Source: a virus (taxonomy: Duplodnaviria; Caudoviricetes). From it: a DNA stretch of 63,442 nt. The DNA lies in IMG/VR virus record IMGVR_UViG_3300044641_000353, positions 1-63,442 of that record, one strand, 5' to 3'. The notes beneath the pieces are model-generated. The model searched no databases, was not told the origin of the DNA, and saw only the letters and a list, made by a program, of their open reading frames with translations. Both the position numbers and the translations under genes were made by a program. How positions within the stretch are numbered: position 1 is the first letter of the stretch; each line of letters starts with the position of its first letter. This document shows, in pieces, positions 27,722 to 35,318 of the stretch.

Positions 27722-27924
27722 CCACAGGAATTGAGTATTTGAAAGTAGAGAAGAAACGCAAGGGGCGGGGGCTTGGTAAGAAACCCGCATTAACTTGCAC
27801 GAGCTTGCGACTGCCGAGAGAGGTGATGGATTATTTCGACACCAACCATCGAATGTCAAAGCAAGCCAAGATGAGAGAAGTTCTTACCGAGTACGTTAAC
27901 AACCAAACAGGAAATAAACCATGA
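27718..27924 (+). CDS. BrnA-antitoxin-like RHH protein
   Basis: GRG...TSLRLPREVMDYF...QAKMREVL; GAGGAGG RBS, TTG start. Confidence 0.6.
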   Translation: MTTGIEYLKVEKKRKGRGLGKKPALTCTSLRLPREVMDYFDTNHRMSKQAKMREVLTEYVNNQTGNKP

Positions 27925-28532
27925 CAATCAAAAAAGTAACCAAAGCCGCACAAGTGCGTAACTACGTAGCCTCTAACCCCAAAGCCAAACCACAAGAGGT
28001 GGCAAACGCTGTCGGTGTTGGACTTCAGTACGTATACACAGTGCTGTGGAACGCAAAGAAGAAAGCCGGAGTTAAAAAGAAGGCTACGCTTACACTGAAA
28101 CGAGAGGGCGCACCGAGAAAAGGCGTGACGCTTGACCTGATTAAAGCAACTAACGAAGCGTTAAAGAAAGAGTTTGAAGCTAAAAGAACGCAAGAGCAGG
28201 TAGACAAGTATTGGAAAGCCGTAGGCGAAGTTCAAAAAGCAGGGCTATCAGCCGCCCGTGTTGCTGAACTTACTGCACAAGCGGGTAAACCAAAACTGCG
28301 TATGCAGGGTAGCGAGCCCACGCAGATCGAAATGTTCGACCCAGTAGACCATCCTGCCCATTACAAAGTAGGTGGAATCGAGACCATTGACTTCATCGAA
28401 GCAAAGAAGCTCGGGTACAACATCGGCAACGTGATTAAGTATCTAACTCGTGCCGACTACAAAGGCAACAAGCTCGAAGACTTGCGTAAAGCTCAGTGGT
28501 ATCTGACTCGTGAGATCAGCATGCTGAAGTAA
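27921..28532 (+). CDS. DUF3310-domain protein with N-terminal HTH-like region
   Basis: DPVDHPAHY...GNVIKYLTRA...EDLRKAQWYL. Confidence 0.8.
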   Translation: MTIKKVTKAAQVRNYVASNPKAKPQEVANAVGVGLQYVYTVLWNAKKKAGVKKKATLTLKREGAPRKGVTLDLIKATNEALKKEFEAKRTQEQVDKYWKAVGEVQKAGLSAARVAELTAQAGKPKLRMQGSEPTQIEMFDPVDHPAHYKVGGIETIDFIEAKKLGYNIGNVIKYLTRADYKGNKLEDLRKAQWYLTREISMLK

Positions 28533-28562
28533 AACCAACCTAACAATGTTAGGGTAATTCCT

Positions 28563-28585
28563 AGCCGCCTACGGGCGGCTTTTTT
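28563..28585 (+). terminator. Intrinsic terminator ending the early region
   Basis: AGCCGCC-TACG-GGCGGCT-TTTTT. Confidence 0.9.
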
Positions 28586-28597
28586 ACGTCTGTACTA

Positions 28598-28625
28598 TTG
28601 ACAAAGTCAAGCGGTGTGCTATATT
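28598..28625 (+). promoter_or_regulatory. Replication-operon promoter with TTGAC-N3-GTCAA palindrome
   Basis: TTGACA-16bp-TATATT, extended -10. Confidence 0.7.
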
Positions 28626-28651
28626 GACTCCATAAACAACTGGAGTATTAG

Positions 28652-28963
28652 ATGGCAACGACACCTGAAGCCAAGGTCAAAGCAAAGATCAAGGCAATCC
28701 TCAAAGCCCACGACATTTACTACGCCATGCCCATCGGTACTGGCTACGGAAGCAGTGGCACTCCTGACTTTCTCTGTTGCATTAACGGCCACTTTGTAGC
28801 TATCGAAGCAAAGGCAGGCAGGGGCGCGGCAACAGCCCTCCAACTCAAAGCACTCGACCACATTCAGCGTAGCGGTGGGCATCCAATGATTATCCGCGAA
28901 GACAACTTTGCGTACCTAGAGCGTGTGATTGAAGACTGTATGAACTTGGAAATTAAAAAATGA
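28652..28963 (+). CDS. VRR-NUC / Holliday-junction-resolvase-like nuclease
   Basis: TPEAKVK...GTPDF...IEAK...LQ. Confidence 0.85.
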   Translation: MATTPEAKVKAKIKAILKAHDIYYAMPIGTGYGSSGTPDFLCCINGHFVAIEAKAGRGAATALQLKALDHIQRSGGHPMIIREDNFAYLERVIEDCMNLEIKK

Positions 28964-30777
28964 AAATAATAACAGTTGACTTTGAGACGTTCTACTCCCG
29001 CGAGATTGGGTTTGCCAAGCAGACTACCGAAGAGTACATCCGTGACCCTGAGTTCCATGTCGTAGGGGTATCAGTGCAGATAGATGACGGAGAGCCAGAA
29101 TGGTTCAGCGGAACGATGGTTCAGACTGCCGAGTACCTTAAACAATTCGATTGGGGCAATTCATTGGCGCTAGCACACAATGCCATATTCGATGGGGCAA
29201 TCCTGAGTTGGCACTTCAACATTAAACCAAAGGGTTGGTTAGACACACTTTCCATGGGGCGTGCATTACATGGTACTAACGTAGGGGGCAGTCTCAAGGT
29301 GCTAGCGCAGTACTACGGCATAGGCGAGAAGGGTACAGAGGTTGAGAACGCCCTTGGTCTGAGACGGATCGACTTTCCCCCCGAGCAGTTAGCAAGGTAT
29401 GGGGAATACTGCATGAACGATGTAGCCCTGACATGGCAGTTGTTTGGCAATATGAGCAAAGACTTTCCACAGGTAGAGCTGCGTCTAATTGACTTAACCA
29501 TACGCATGTTTACAGAACCGTCTTTGGCGCTGGACTTGCAAGTACTCGGTGACCACTTGGATTCAGTACAGGATTTAAAGGCGATGGCGCTAGGCGCTTA
29601 CGAAAAGGGCGACTTGATGAGCAACCAAAAGTTTGCGATTATGTTGCAAGCCGCTGGTGCTTTACCACCAATGAAGATTAGCCTAACCACAGGCAAAGAG
29701 ACTTTCGCTTTCTCTAAAACTGACGAAGAGTTCAAAGCATTGCTTGAGCATAAGAACCCCGCAGTACAAGCCCTAGTATCTGCACGCCTTGGTACGAAGT
29801 CAACCATCGAGGAGACGCGAACCGAAAGATTCATTGGGATTGCCAAACGAGGACTTATGCCAGTTCCCTTGCGGTATTATGCGGCTCACACAGGGCGGTG
29901 GGGCGGTGATGACAAGCTCAACCTACAAAACATTCCGCGCAACTCCCCCCTGAAACACGCCATTTTTGCGCCAACAGGATACGTGATGATCGACTCAGAC
30001 TCATCGCAAATTGAAGCCCGTACGCTAGCATGGCTTGCGGAACAGAACGACTTAGTGGAGGCATTTGATCGTGGCGAGGATGTATACAAAATCATGGCAT
30101 CTGCTATTTATGGCAAGGACGCCTCGGAGATTACAAAGGATGAGAGATTCGTTGGTAAGACCACTATCCTTGGTTGTGGGTACGGGATGGGTGCGGCAAA
30201 GTTCCAAGCGCAACTCAAGAACTTTAACGTGGCGATTACGTTGGAAGAAGCAAAACGCATTATCGACACTTACCGCACTACGTATCCGAAAATTACTGCA
30301 CTTTGGAAGAAAGCAGGGACTACGCTAGAGGCAATTTTGCGGGGCAATTCAATGGCGCTAGGCCGCGATGGTGTCTTAAAAATAGAAGGCAACAACGGTG
30401 TTTTGCTTCCCAATGGTTTGTACTTGCGCTACCCAAACCTGCGAATACTTCAGAGTGAGGAAGGTAAGGCCGAGATGGTCTACGATACCAAGCGGGGCAA
30501 AGCCACCATCCCCAACCGAATCTATGGCGGCAAGGTGATTGAGAACGTATGCCAAGCCCTAGCCCGTATTGTGATTGGTGAGCAGATGCTAATGATTGCA
30601 AAGAAGTACAAGGTTGTGATGACTGTGCATGATGCGATTGCTTGCATAGCGCCGAAAGCCGAGGCTAAGACTGCACAAGAATACGTAGAGATGTGTATGC
30701 GTATGCGCCCCAAGTGGGCGAAAGACTTACCGCTTAATTGCGAATCAGGATACGGACAGAGCTATGGAAGTTGTTAA
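28960..30777 (+). CDS. polA: Family A DNA polymerase with 3'-5' exonuclease domain
   Basis: DFET, HNAIFD, motif A DSSQIEAR, motif B KTTILGCGYG, motif C VHD. Confidence 0.93.
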   Translation: MKIITVDFETFYSREIGFAKQTTEEYIRDPEFHVVGVSVQIDDGEPEWFSGTMVQTAEYLKQFDWGNSLALAHNAIFDGAILSWHFNIKPKGWLDTLSMGRALHGTNVGGSLKVLAQYYGIGEKGTEVENALGLRRIDFPPEQLARYGEYCMNDVALTWQLFGNMSKDFPQVELRLIDLTIRMFTEPSLALDLQVLGDHLDSVQDLKAMALGAYEKGDLMSNQKFAIMLQAAGALPPMKISLTTGKETFAFSKTDEEFKALLEHKNPAVQALVSARLGTKSTIEETRTERFIGIAKRGLMPVPLRYYAAHTGRWGGDDKLNLQNIPRNSPLKHAIFAPTGYVMIDSDSSQIEARTLAWLAEQNDLVEAFDRGEDVYKIMASAIYGKDASEITKDERFVGKTTILGCGYGMGAAKFQAQLKNFNVAITLEEAKRIIDTYRTTYPKITALWKKAGTTLEAILRGNSMALGRDGVLKIEGNNGVLLPNGLYLRYPNLRILQSEEGKAEMVYDTKRGKATIPNRIYGGKVIENVCQALARIVIGEQMLMIAKKYKVVMTVHDAIACIAPKAEAKTAQEYVEMCMRMRPKWAKDLPLNCESGYGQSYGSC

Positions 30778-30907
30778 TGGTGTACGCATACTGTGGAAAT
30801 ATTGGCACAGGCGGTTCCCCGAGATTCATTACTCATGGGAGCGGTGGAGCTACAACGACCGCAAGGAGTATTATGAAAAGCGTTTCCCTCCTGAGCAAGA
30901 AAGTTAA
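30764..30907 (+). CDS. 47-aa aromatic-rich hypothetical protein
   Basis: Fills the gap between polA and the nuclease; MEVVNGVRILWKYWHRRF... Confidence 0.45.
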   Translation: MEVVNGVRILWKYWHRRFPEIHYSWERWSYNDRKEYYEKRFPPEQES

Positions 30908-30910
30908 TTT

Positions 30911-31576
30911 ATGAAACAACTCATTTGGTCGTTCAGTAGTCTCAAGACTTTTCAGCAGTGCCCTAAGAAGTACTATCACACCAAGGTTGCCAAGGATGTA
31001 ATCGAGGGGGATACAACCGCTACGCTGTACGGCAAAGAGATGCACACGGTTGCCGAGGAATACATTCGAGATAGCAAGCCGATACCTGAGAAGTTTGCGT
31101 ACATTAAATCTTCTCTAGATAGACTAAACGCCATCCCCGGGGAGAAGCATTGCGAGGTAAAACTAGGGTTGACCAAAGATTTAGAACCTTGCGAGTTCTC
31201 AGCCGAGGGCGTGTGGTGGCATGGGATTGCCGACTTGGTTATCTTAGACCGCGAGAAGAAGCTAGCCTACTCGGTTGACTACAAGACAAGTAAGAACGCA
31301 CGCTACGCTGATATGGGTCAGCTTGACTTGATTGCCGCCGCCCTGTTTGCCAAGTACCCCGAGATCGAGCGGGTCAAGTCTGCGCTTATGTTCGTAGTCA
31401 GTAAGGAATTCGTCAAGGCCGACCATGATGCCAAGATGAAGTCAGTGTATGTGCAGAAAGTGTTGCCCGATATTGAGCGACTCGAAGGCGCATTCATGAG
31501 CGGGGTTTGGAACCCCAAAACAGGGCCACTTTGCAAGTGGTGTTCAGTGAAGCAATGTGAATATAACAAAGGATAA
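30911..31576 (+). CDS. PD-(D/E)XK (Cas4/RecB-like) exonuclease
   Basis: WSFSSLKTFQQCP...G...H, D...DYKT, C-terminal CKWC...C. Confidence 0.88.
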   Translation: MKQLIWSFSSLKTFQQCPKKYYHTKVAKDVIEGDTTATLYGKEMHTVAEEYIRDSKPIPEKFAYIKSSLDRLNAIPGEKHCEVKLGLTKDLEPCEFSAEGVWWHGIADLVILDREKKLAYSVDYKTSKNARYADMGQLDLIAAALFAKYPEIERVKSALMFVVSKEFVKADHDAKMKSVYVQKVLPDIERLEGAFMSGVWNPKTGPLCKWCSVKQCEYNKG

Positions 31577-31579
31577 ACT

Positions 31580-31936
31580 ATGTCAGATGATTATGTACGC
31601 GCACGTAACACAGACCCCTCGACAAGTCACGAGGCGGCAGATAAAGTAGGGGAGTTCGCCCATGCCCATTACTATCAGATACTACACGCCTTGCTAGACC
31701 ATGGCCCGCTAGGTAAAGATGGTATTGCTAAGGTAGCGAATATGAATGGCCGTGAAGATGGGAATGCCGTAGCTCGCCGACTGCCTGAGTTGCTTAAGCA
31801 AAGTTTGGTATCCCTCACGGGTGAAAAAGTTCTATCACGTAGCGGTCGTAGCGAACGTGAATGGGCTATTAACGAAGCCGTATATCAAGAAAGAGTTAAA
31901 CAAAATGCCTTACGTAAACAAACCCCGCCCCTATAA
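31580..31936 (+). CDS. Winged-helix DNA-binding protein
   Basis: ARNTDPSTSHEAA...RRLPEL...SGRSEREW. Confidence 0.7.
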   Translation: MSDDYVRARNTDPSTSHEAADKVGEFAHAHYYQILHALLDHGPLGKDGIAKVANMNGREDGNAVARRLPELLKQSLVSLTGEKVLSRSGRSEREWAINEAVYQERVKQNALRKQTPPL

Positions 31937-32219
31937 AAAAGAATACCAACAGCAAGTTGCTCGTGGTGAGTTGCCTGACCGGATGGAGCGTCAGCGTGCC
32001 CGTAATGAGTACGACAAAAAGAACCCCGACAAGAACAACGATGGCACTGCCGATTCTAGGGAAGGCAAAGATATTGCCCACGTCAAGGCGCTGAGCAAGG
32101 GTGGCTCCAATAAAGATGGCACGAAGGTGCAATCCCCAACGGCCAACCGCTCGTTCAAGCGTAACTCACAACACAAGTTGGTGACTGAGACAAGCGCCAA
32201 GGAACGTAAGAAGAAATGA
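31905..32219 (+). CDS. HNH-like endonuclease
   Basis: MPYVNKPRPYKKEY...DIAHVKALSKGGSN...NRS; start reassigned to 31905. Confidence 0.7.
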   Translation: MPYVNKPRPYKKEYQQQVARGELPDRMERQRARNEYDKKNPDKNNDGTADSREGKDIAHVKALSKGGSNKDGTKVQSPTANRSFKRNSQHKLVTETSAKERKKK

Positions 32220-33601
32220 AACTATCAGAGTATGACTGGCCGCGACCACACGGCTTCACCCCGTTCGATCATCAGAAGACCACCGCTGAGTTTCTAATTA
32301 GCAACCGCAAGAGCTTTTGCTTTAACGAGCAGGGCACAGGCAAGACCGCATCAGTGATTTGGGCGGTGGATTATTTGATGAAAGTTGGAGTAATTAGCCG
32401 AGTGCTTATTGTTTGTCCATTGTCGGTGATGAAGGCCGCATGGCAAGAAGATCTGTTTAAGTTTGCTCTGCATCGCACAGTAGCTGTAGCCCACGGTGGA
32501 AGAGAGAAGCGCAAAGAAATCATTAACGGCCTTGCTGAGTTTGTCATCATTAACTTTGATGGCGTTGAGATCGTTAAGAAAGAAATCATAGCAGGTGGGT
32601 TTGATCTTATTGTGATTGATGAAGCGTCTGCGTACAAGAACGCACAGACCGACAGATGGAGAACCATGCGGGACATTACCAAAGTGGTTAAGGGTCTATG
32701 GATGTTGACGGGTACGCCAGCGGCTCAGTCGCCTGTGGATGCTTACGGATTGGCAAAGCTTGTGAACCCCCAAGGTGTGTCACCTTTCTTTGGTCAGTTC
32801 CGCGACACAGTCATGCACAAGATCAGTGACTATCGTTGGATACCTAAGCCCACTGCGGAAGCAACTGTACACAAGATACTTCAGCCTGCTATTAGGTTTG
32901 AGAAAGCCGACTGCCTTGACTTGCCCGAGGTTACAGCAGTTGACAGAGAAGCTCCGCTTTCGCCACAGCAGATGAAGTACTACAACATACTCAAGAAGCA
33001 GATGTTAATTGAGGCAGCAGGAGAAGAGATTACAGCTATCAACGCCGCAGTAAAGCTCAACAAGCTCTTGCAAATCTCAGGTGGCGCAGTGTATTCAGAC
33101 ACGGGCGAAGTGATTGAGTTTGATGTGTCTGATCGCCTCAAAGTAATTAAGGAAGTGATTGATGAGTCAAGCCACAAGGTGCTCGTGTTTGTTCCGTTCA
33201 CGCACACGATTGAGTTGTTAACCAAATACTTAATTAAGAACGGCATTACATGCGATGTCATTAACGGGGCTGTGTCTGCTAACAGACGCGCAGAGATTGT
33301 CAAAGAGTTTCAGACACGGGATAACCCTAAAGTGCTTGTCATTCAACCGCAAGCGGCATCACACGGGTTAACACTGACTGCGGCTAACACTGTTATTTGG
33401 TACGCTCCCACCTCCAGTGTCGAAACGTATCTGCAAGCAAACGCACGCATCGACAGGCCCGGCCAACGCAATCCAATGACTATCGTACACATACACGGAA
33501 GCCCAACGGAGAAGCGTTTATATGCTTTGTTGCGTAACAACGTAGCGAACCATAACAAAATAATTGATTTGTATAGAGAAGAATTTATAGACGCCTCTTG
33601 A
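32216..33601 (+). CDS. SNF2-family helicase
   Basis: GTGKT, DEAS, LTGTP, QANARIDRPGQ. Confidence 0.92.
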   Translation: MKLSEYDWPRPHGFTPFDHQKTTAEFLISNRKSFCFNEQGTGKTASVIWAVDYLMKVGVISRVLIVCPLSVMKAAWQEDLFKFALHRTVAVAHGGREKRKEIINGLAEFVIINFDGVEIVKKEIIAGGFDLIVIDEASAYKNAQTDRWRTMRDITKVVKGLWMLTGTPAAQSPVDAYGLAKLVNPQGVSPFFGQFRDTVMHKISDYRWIPKPTAEATVHKILQPAIRFEKADCLDLPEVTAVDREAPLSPQQMKYYNILKKQMLIEAAGEEITAINAAVKLNKLLQISGGAVYSDTGEVIEFDVSDRLKVIKEVIDESSHKVLVFVPFTHTIELLTKYLIKNGITCDVINGAVSANRRAEIVKEFQTRDNPKVLVIQPQAASHGLTLTAANTVIWYAPTSSVETYLQANARIDRPGQRNPMTIVHIHGSPTEKRLYALLRNNVANHNKIIDLYREEFIDAS

Positions 33602-33625
33602 CAATGTCAAAAGTGGTGTTATATT
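33598..33625 (+). promoter_or_regulatory. Promoter with TTGACAATGTCAA palindrome
   Basis: TTGACA-16bp-TATATT, same architecture as 28598. Confidence 0.72.
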
Positions 33626-33630
33626 AGAGT

Positions 33631-33725
33631 TGTGTCGCAGTGATGGGTAACGGGTTAGCGCCGTTGCAGACGTTAAATGTTTTGAAACAATCACACTGCT
33701 TTATGTGAACTGTCACTGCGACACA
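33631..33725 (+). ncRNA. Candidate cloverleaf / multi-way junction RNA
   Basis: 16-bp closing stem (33631-46 with 33710-25) enclosing three hairpins; starts right after the promoter. Confidence 0.7.
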
Positions 33726-33746
33726 TTTAACAATTAGGAGAATCAG

Positions 33747-34169
33747 ATGGAAGAAGTTGAAGATAAAGTCACCTCCGTAGACTTGGACAGATTGACCTCA
33801 ATCTATATCAAGATACGCGACAAGCGGGCGGCAAACAAGAAAGTGTTTGAAGCCGAAGATCAAGACCTCGAAGAGCAGATGAAAGTGTTAGCACAAGAGA
33901 TGCTCGACGTATGCAAAGACATGAATGCCGACAGCATTCGCACCCCACATGGCACGATCATGCGTTCAATTAAGTCACGGTATTGGACAAACGATTGGGA
34001 TTCAATCTACGGTTTCATTGAAGAGACCGGAGCATTTGGCCTGTTAGAGAAAAGACTTCATCAAACAAACATGAAAGACTTTCTCGCTGAGAATCCAGAC
34101 CTTTACCCCAAGGGGCTAAATGTCGAAAGTGAATACACCGTGGTAGTTAGACGTTCTAAAGAAAGCTGA
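33747..34169 (+). CDS. Conserved phage replication-region protein
   Basis: YIKIRD...SIRT-x-HGT...DWD...LLEKRLHQ. Confidence 0.75.
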   Translation: MEEVEDKVTSVDLDRLTSIYIKIRDKRAANKKVFEAEDQDLEEQMKVLAQEMLDVCKDMNADSIRTPHGTIMRSIKSRYWTNDWDSIYGFIEETGAFGLLEKRLHQTNMKDFLAENPDLYPKGLNVESEYTVVVRRSKES

Positions 34170-34171
34170 AA

Positions 34172-35062
34172 ATGAGTAACATTACAATCCTCAACGAAGA
34201 CCTCCCCGAATTCTTGCAAACCGCAGGAGTTAGCGACCTTACACGACAACTCGCTGGTCGTACCGGAGTCAAACGCATTGTGCCTAAGAATGGCATTTTC
34301 CGTAAGACAGTCGGCGGCGAAGAGATGGGCAAGGTCAAAGGCAACGTGAATGCCGTCATCGTTAACGCATCCCCTGCTGTTGGTCGTATCTTCTACGCTA
34401 AACAGTGGAGCCCTGATGCTGAGCCGACTGCACCTGATTGCTTCTCTAATGATGGGCGCGCACCCGATGCAGGCTCAGCTAACCCACAAGCAGATCGTTG
34501 CGATAGTTGCGGGCAGAATATCAAAGGCTCAGGCCAAGGTAACTCTAAGGCTTGCCGCTATTCACGCCGCATTGCGCTTGTGTTGGAAGAAGACTTCGGT
34601 ACATCACTTGAAGGTTCAGTCTACCAAATGAACTTGGCGTCCAAGTCTTTGTTTGGTGAAAGCGTAGGTGATAACACGCACACGTTTGAAAACTACTCTA
34701 AGTACTTGTCCAACAACGGCAAGAGCTTGGACTACGTTGTGACGCAGATTAGTTTCAACGAAGACAACGACAACCAGTCTGTGTTGTTTACGCCGACTAA
34801 GTACATTAACAAGACACAGTACGCTGTGACTAGCAAAGTGGCTAACACTCCTGAAGTGCTGAAGATGGTAGTTATGACACCATACCAAGCTGACATGTCC
34901 GGCAAGACCGCTAAGTTGGAAGCACCTGCCCCCAAAGCAGAAGCCCCTGCTAAAGTTGATCCAATCGACGAGCCAATCAAGCGCCCCGCTAAGGCCGCGC
35001 CTGCACCTGTGACCAAGAAGGATTTGGATTCCGTGGTGAAGGCTTGGAGTGAAGAGGAGTAA
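34172..35062 (+). CDS. Putative ssDNA-binding/recombination protein
   Basis: PDCFSNDG...CDSC...GSG...KACR; acidic Trp-containing C-terminal tip; replication cluster. Confidence 0.6.
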   Translation: MSNITILNEDLPEFLQTAGVSDLTRQLAGRTGVKRIVPKNGIFRKTVGGEEMGKVKGNVNAVIVNASPAVGRIFYAKQWSPDAEPTAPDCFSNDGRAPDAGSANPQADRCDSCGQNIKGSGQGNSKACRYSRRIALVLEEDFGTSLEGSVYQMNLASKSLFGESVGDNTHTFENYSKYLSNNGKSLDYVVTQISFNEDNDNQSVLFTPTKYINKTQYAVTSKVANTPEVLKMVVMTPYQADMSGKTAKLEAPAPKAEAPAKVDPIDEPIKRPAKAAPAPVTKKDLDSVVKAWSEEE

Positions 35063-35065
35063 CGC

Positions 35066-35314
35066 ATGACCTATGGTTATAGCCAGAGCTTGGTGCACGC
35101 AAATAAAAAAGCAAGCGTCAAGTCTCTGGGTGTGGCCTTGGGTCGTGTATGTATCCGCGAAAACATAAGCGTTAGCAAGATTGCAGATGACTTTGGGGTA
35201 ACCCGAATGACTATCTACAATTGGTTTAAGGGGGACTCAGTCCCCTTTCATTCCTACGATCAAGCGATCAGCGATTACATACTCCACCTTAAAGCCCACC
35301 ACCAACTGAAATAA
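35066..35314 (+). CDS. Cro/XRE-type HTH protein
   Basis: SVSKIADDFGVTRMTIYNWFKG. Confidence 0.8.
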   Translation: MTYGYSQSLVHANKKASVKSLGVALGRVCIRENISVSKIADDFGVTRMTIYNWFKGDSVPFHSYDQAISDYILHLKAHHQLK

Positions 35315-35318
35315 ATAA

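Larger units (their letters stand above)
17971..28551. repeat. Dispersed palindromic site family (C)TAACAWTGTTA(G), 17 copies
   Basis: Core starts at 17971, 18665, 19005, 19104, 19597, 19853, 20444, 20643, 21318, 21719, 22139, 22863, 23480, 24450, 25687, 26699, 28541. Confidence 0.93.

Noticed and set aside
30911-31576. Cas4 as part of a CRISPR system
   Set aside because: Stand-alone PD-(D/E)XK nuclease in the replication cluster, which is common in phages
33385-33395. Additional palindrome copy TAACACTGTTA
   Set aside because: The centre base is C, and it encodes the conserved SNF2 motif AANTVI, so it is probably coincidental
33631-33725. tRNA gene
   Set aside because: No TTC T-loop or D-loop consensus, and the closing stem is far longer than an acceptor stem
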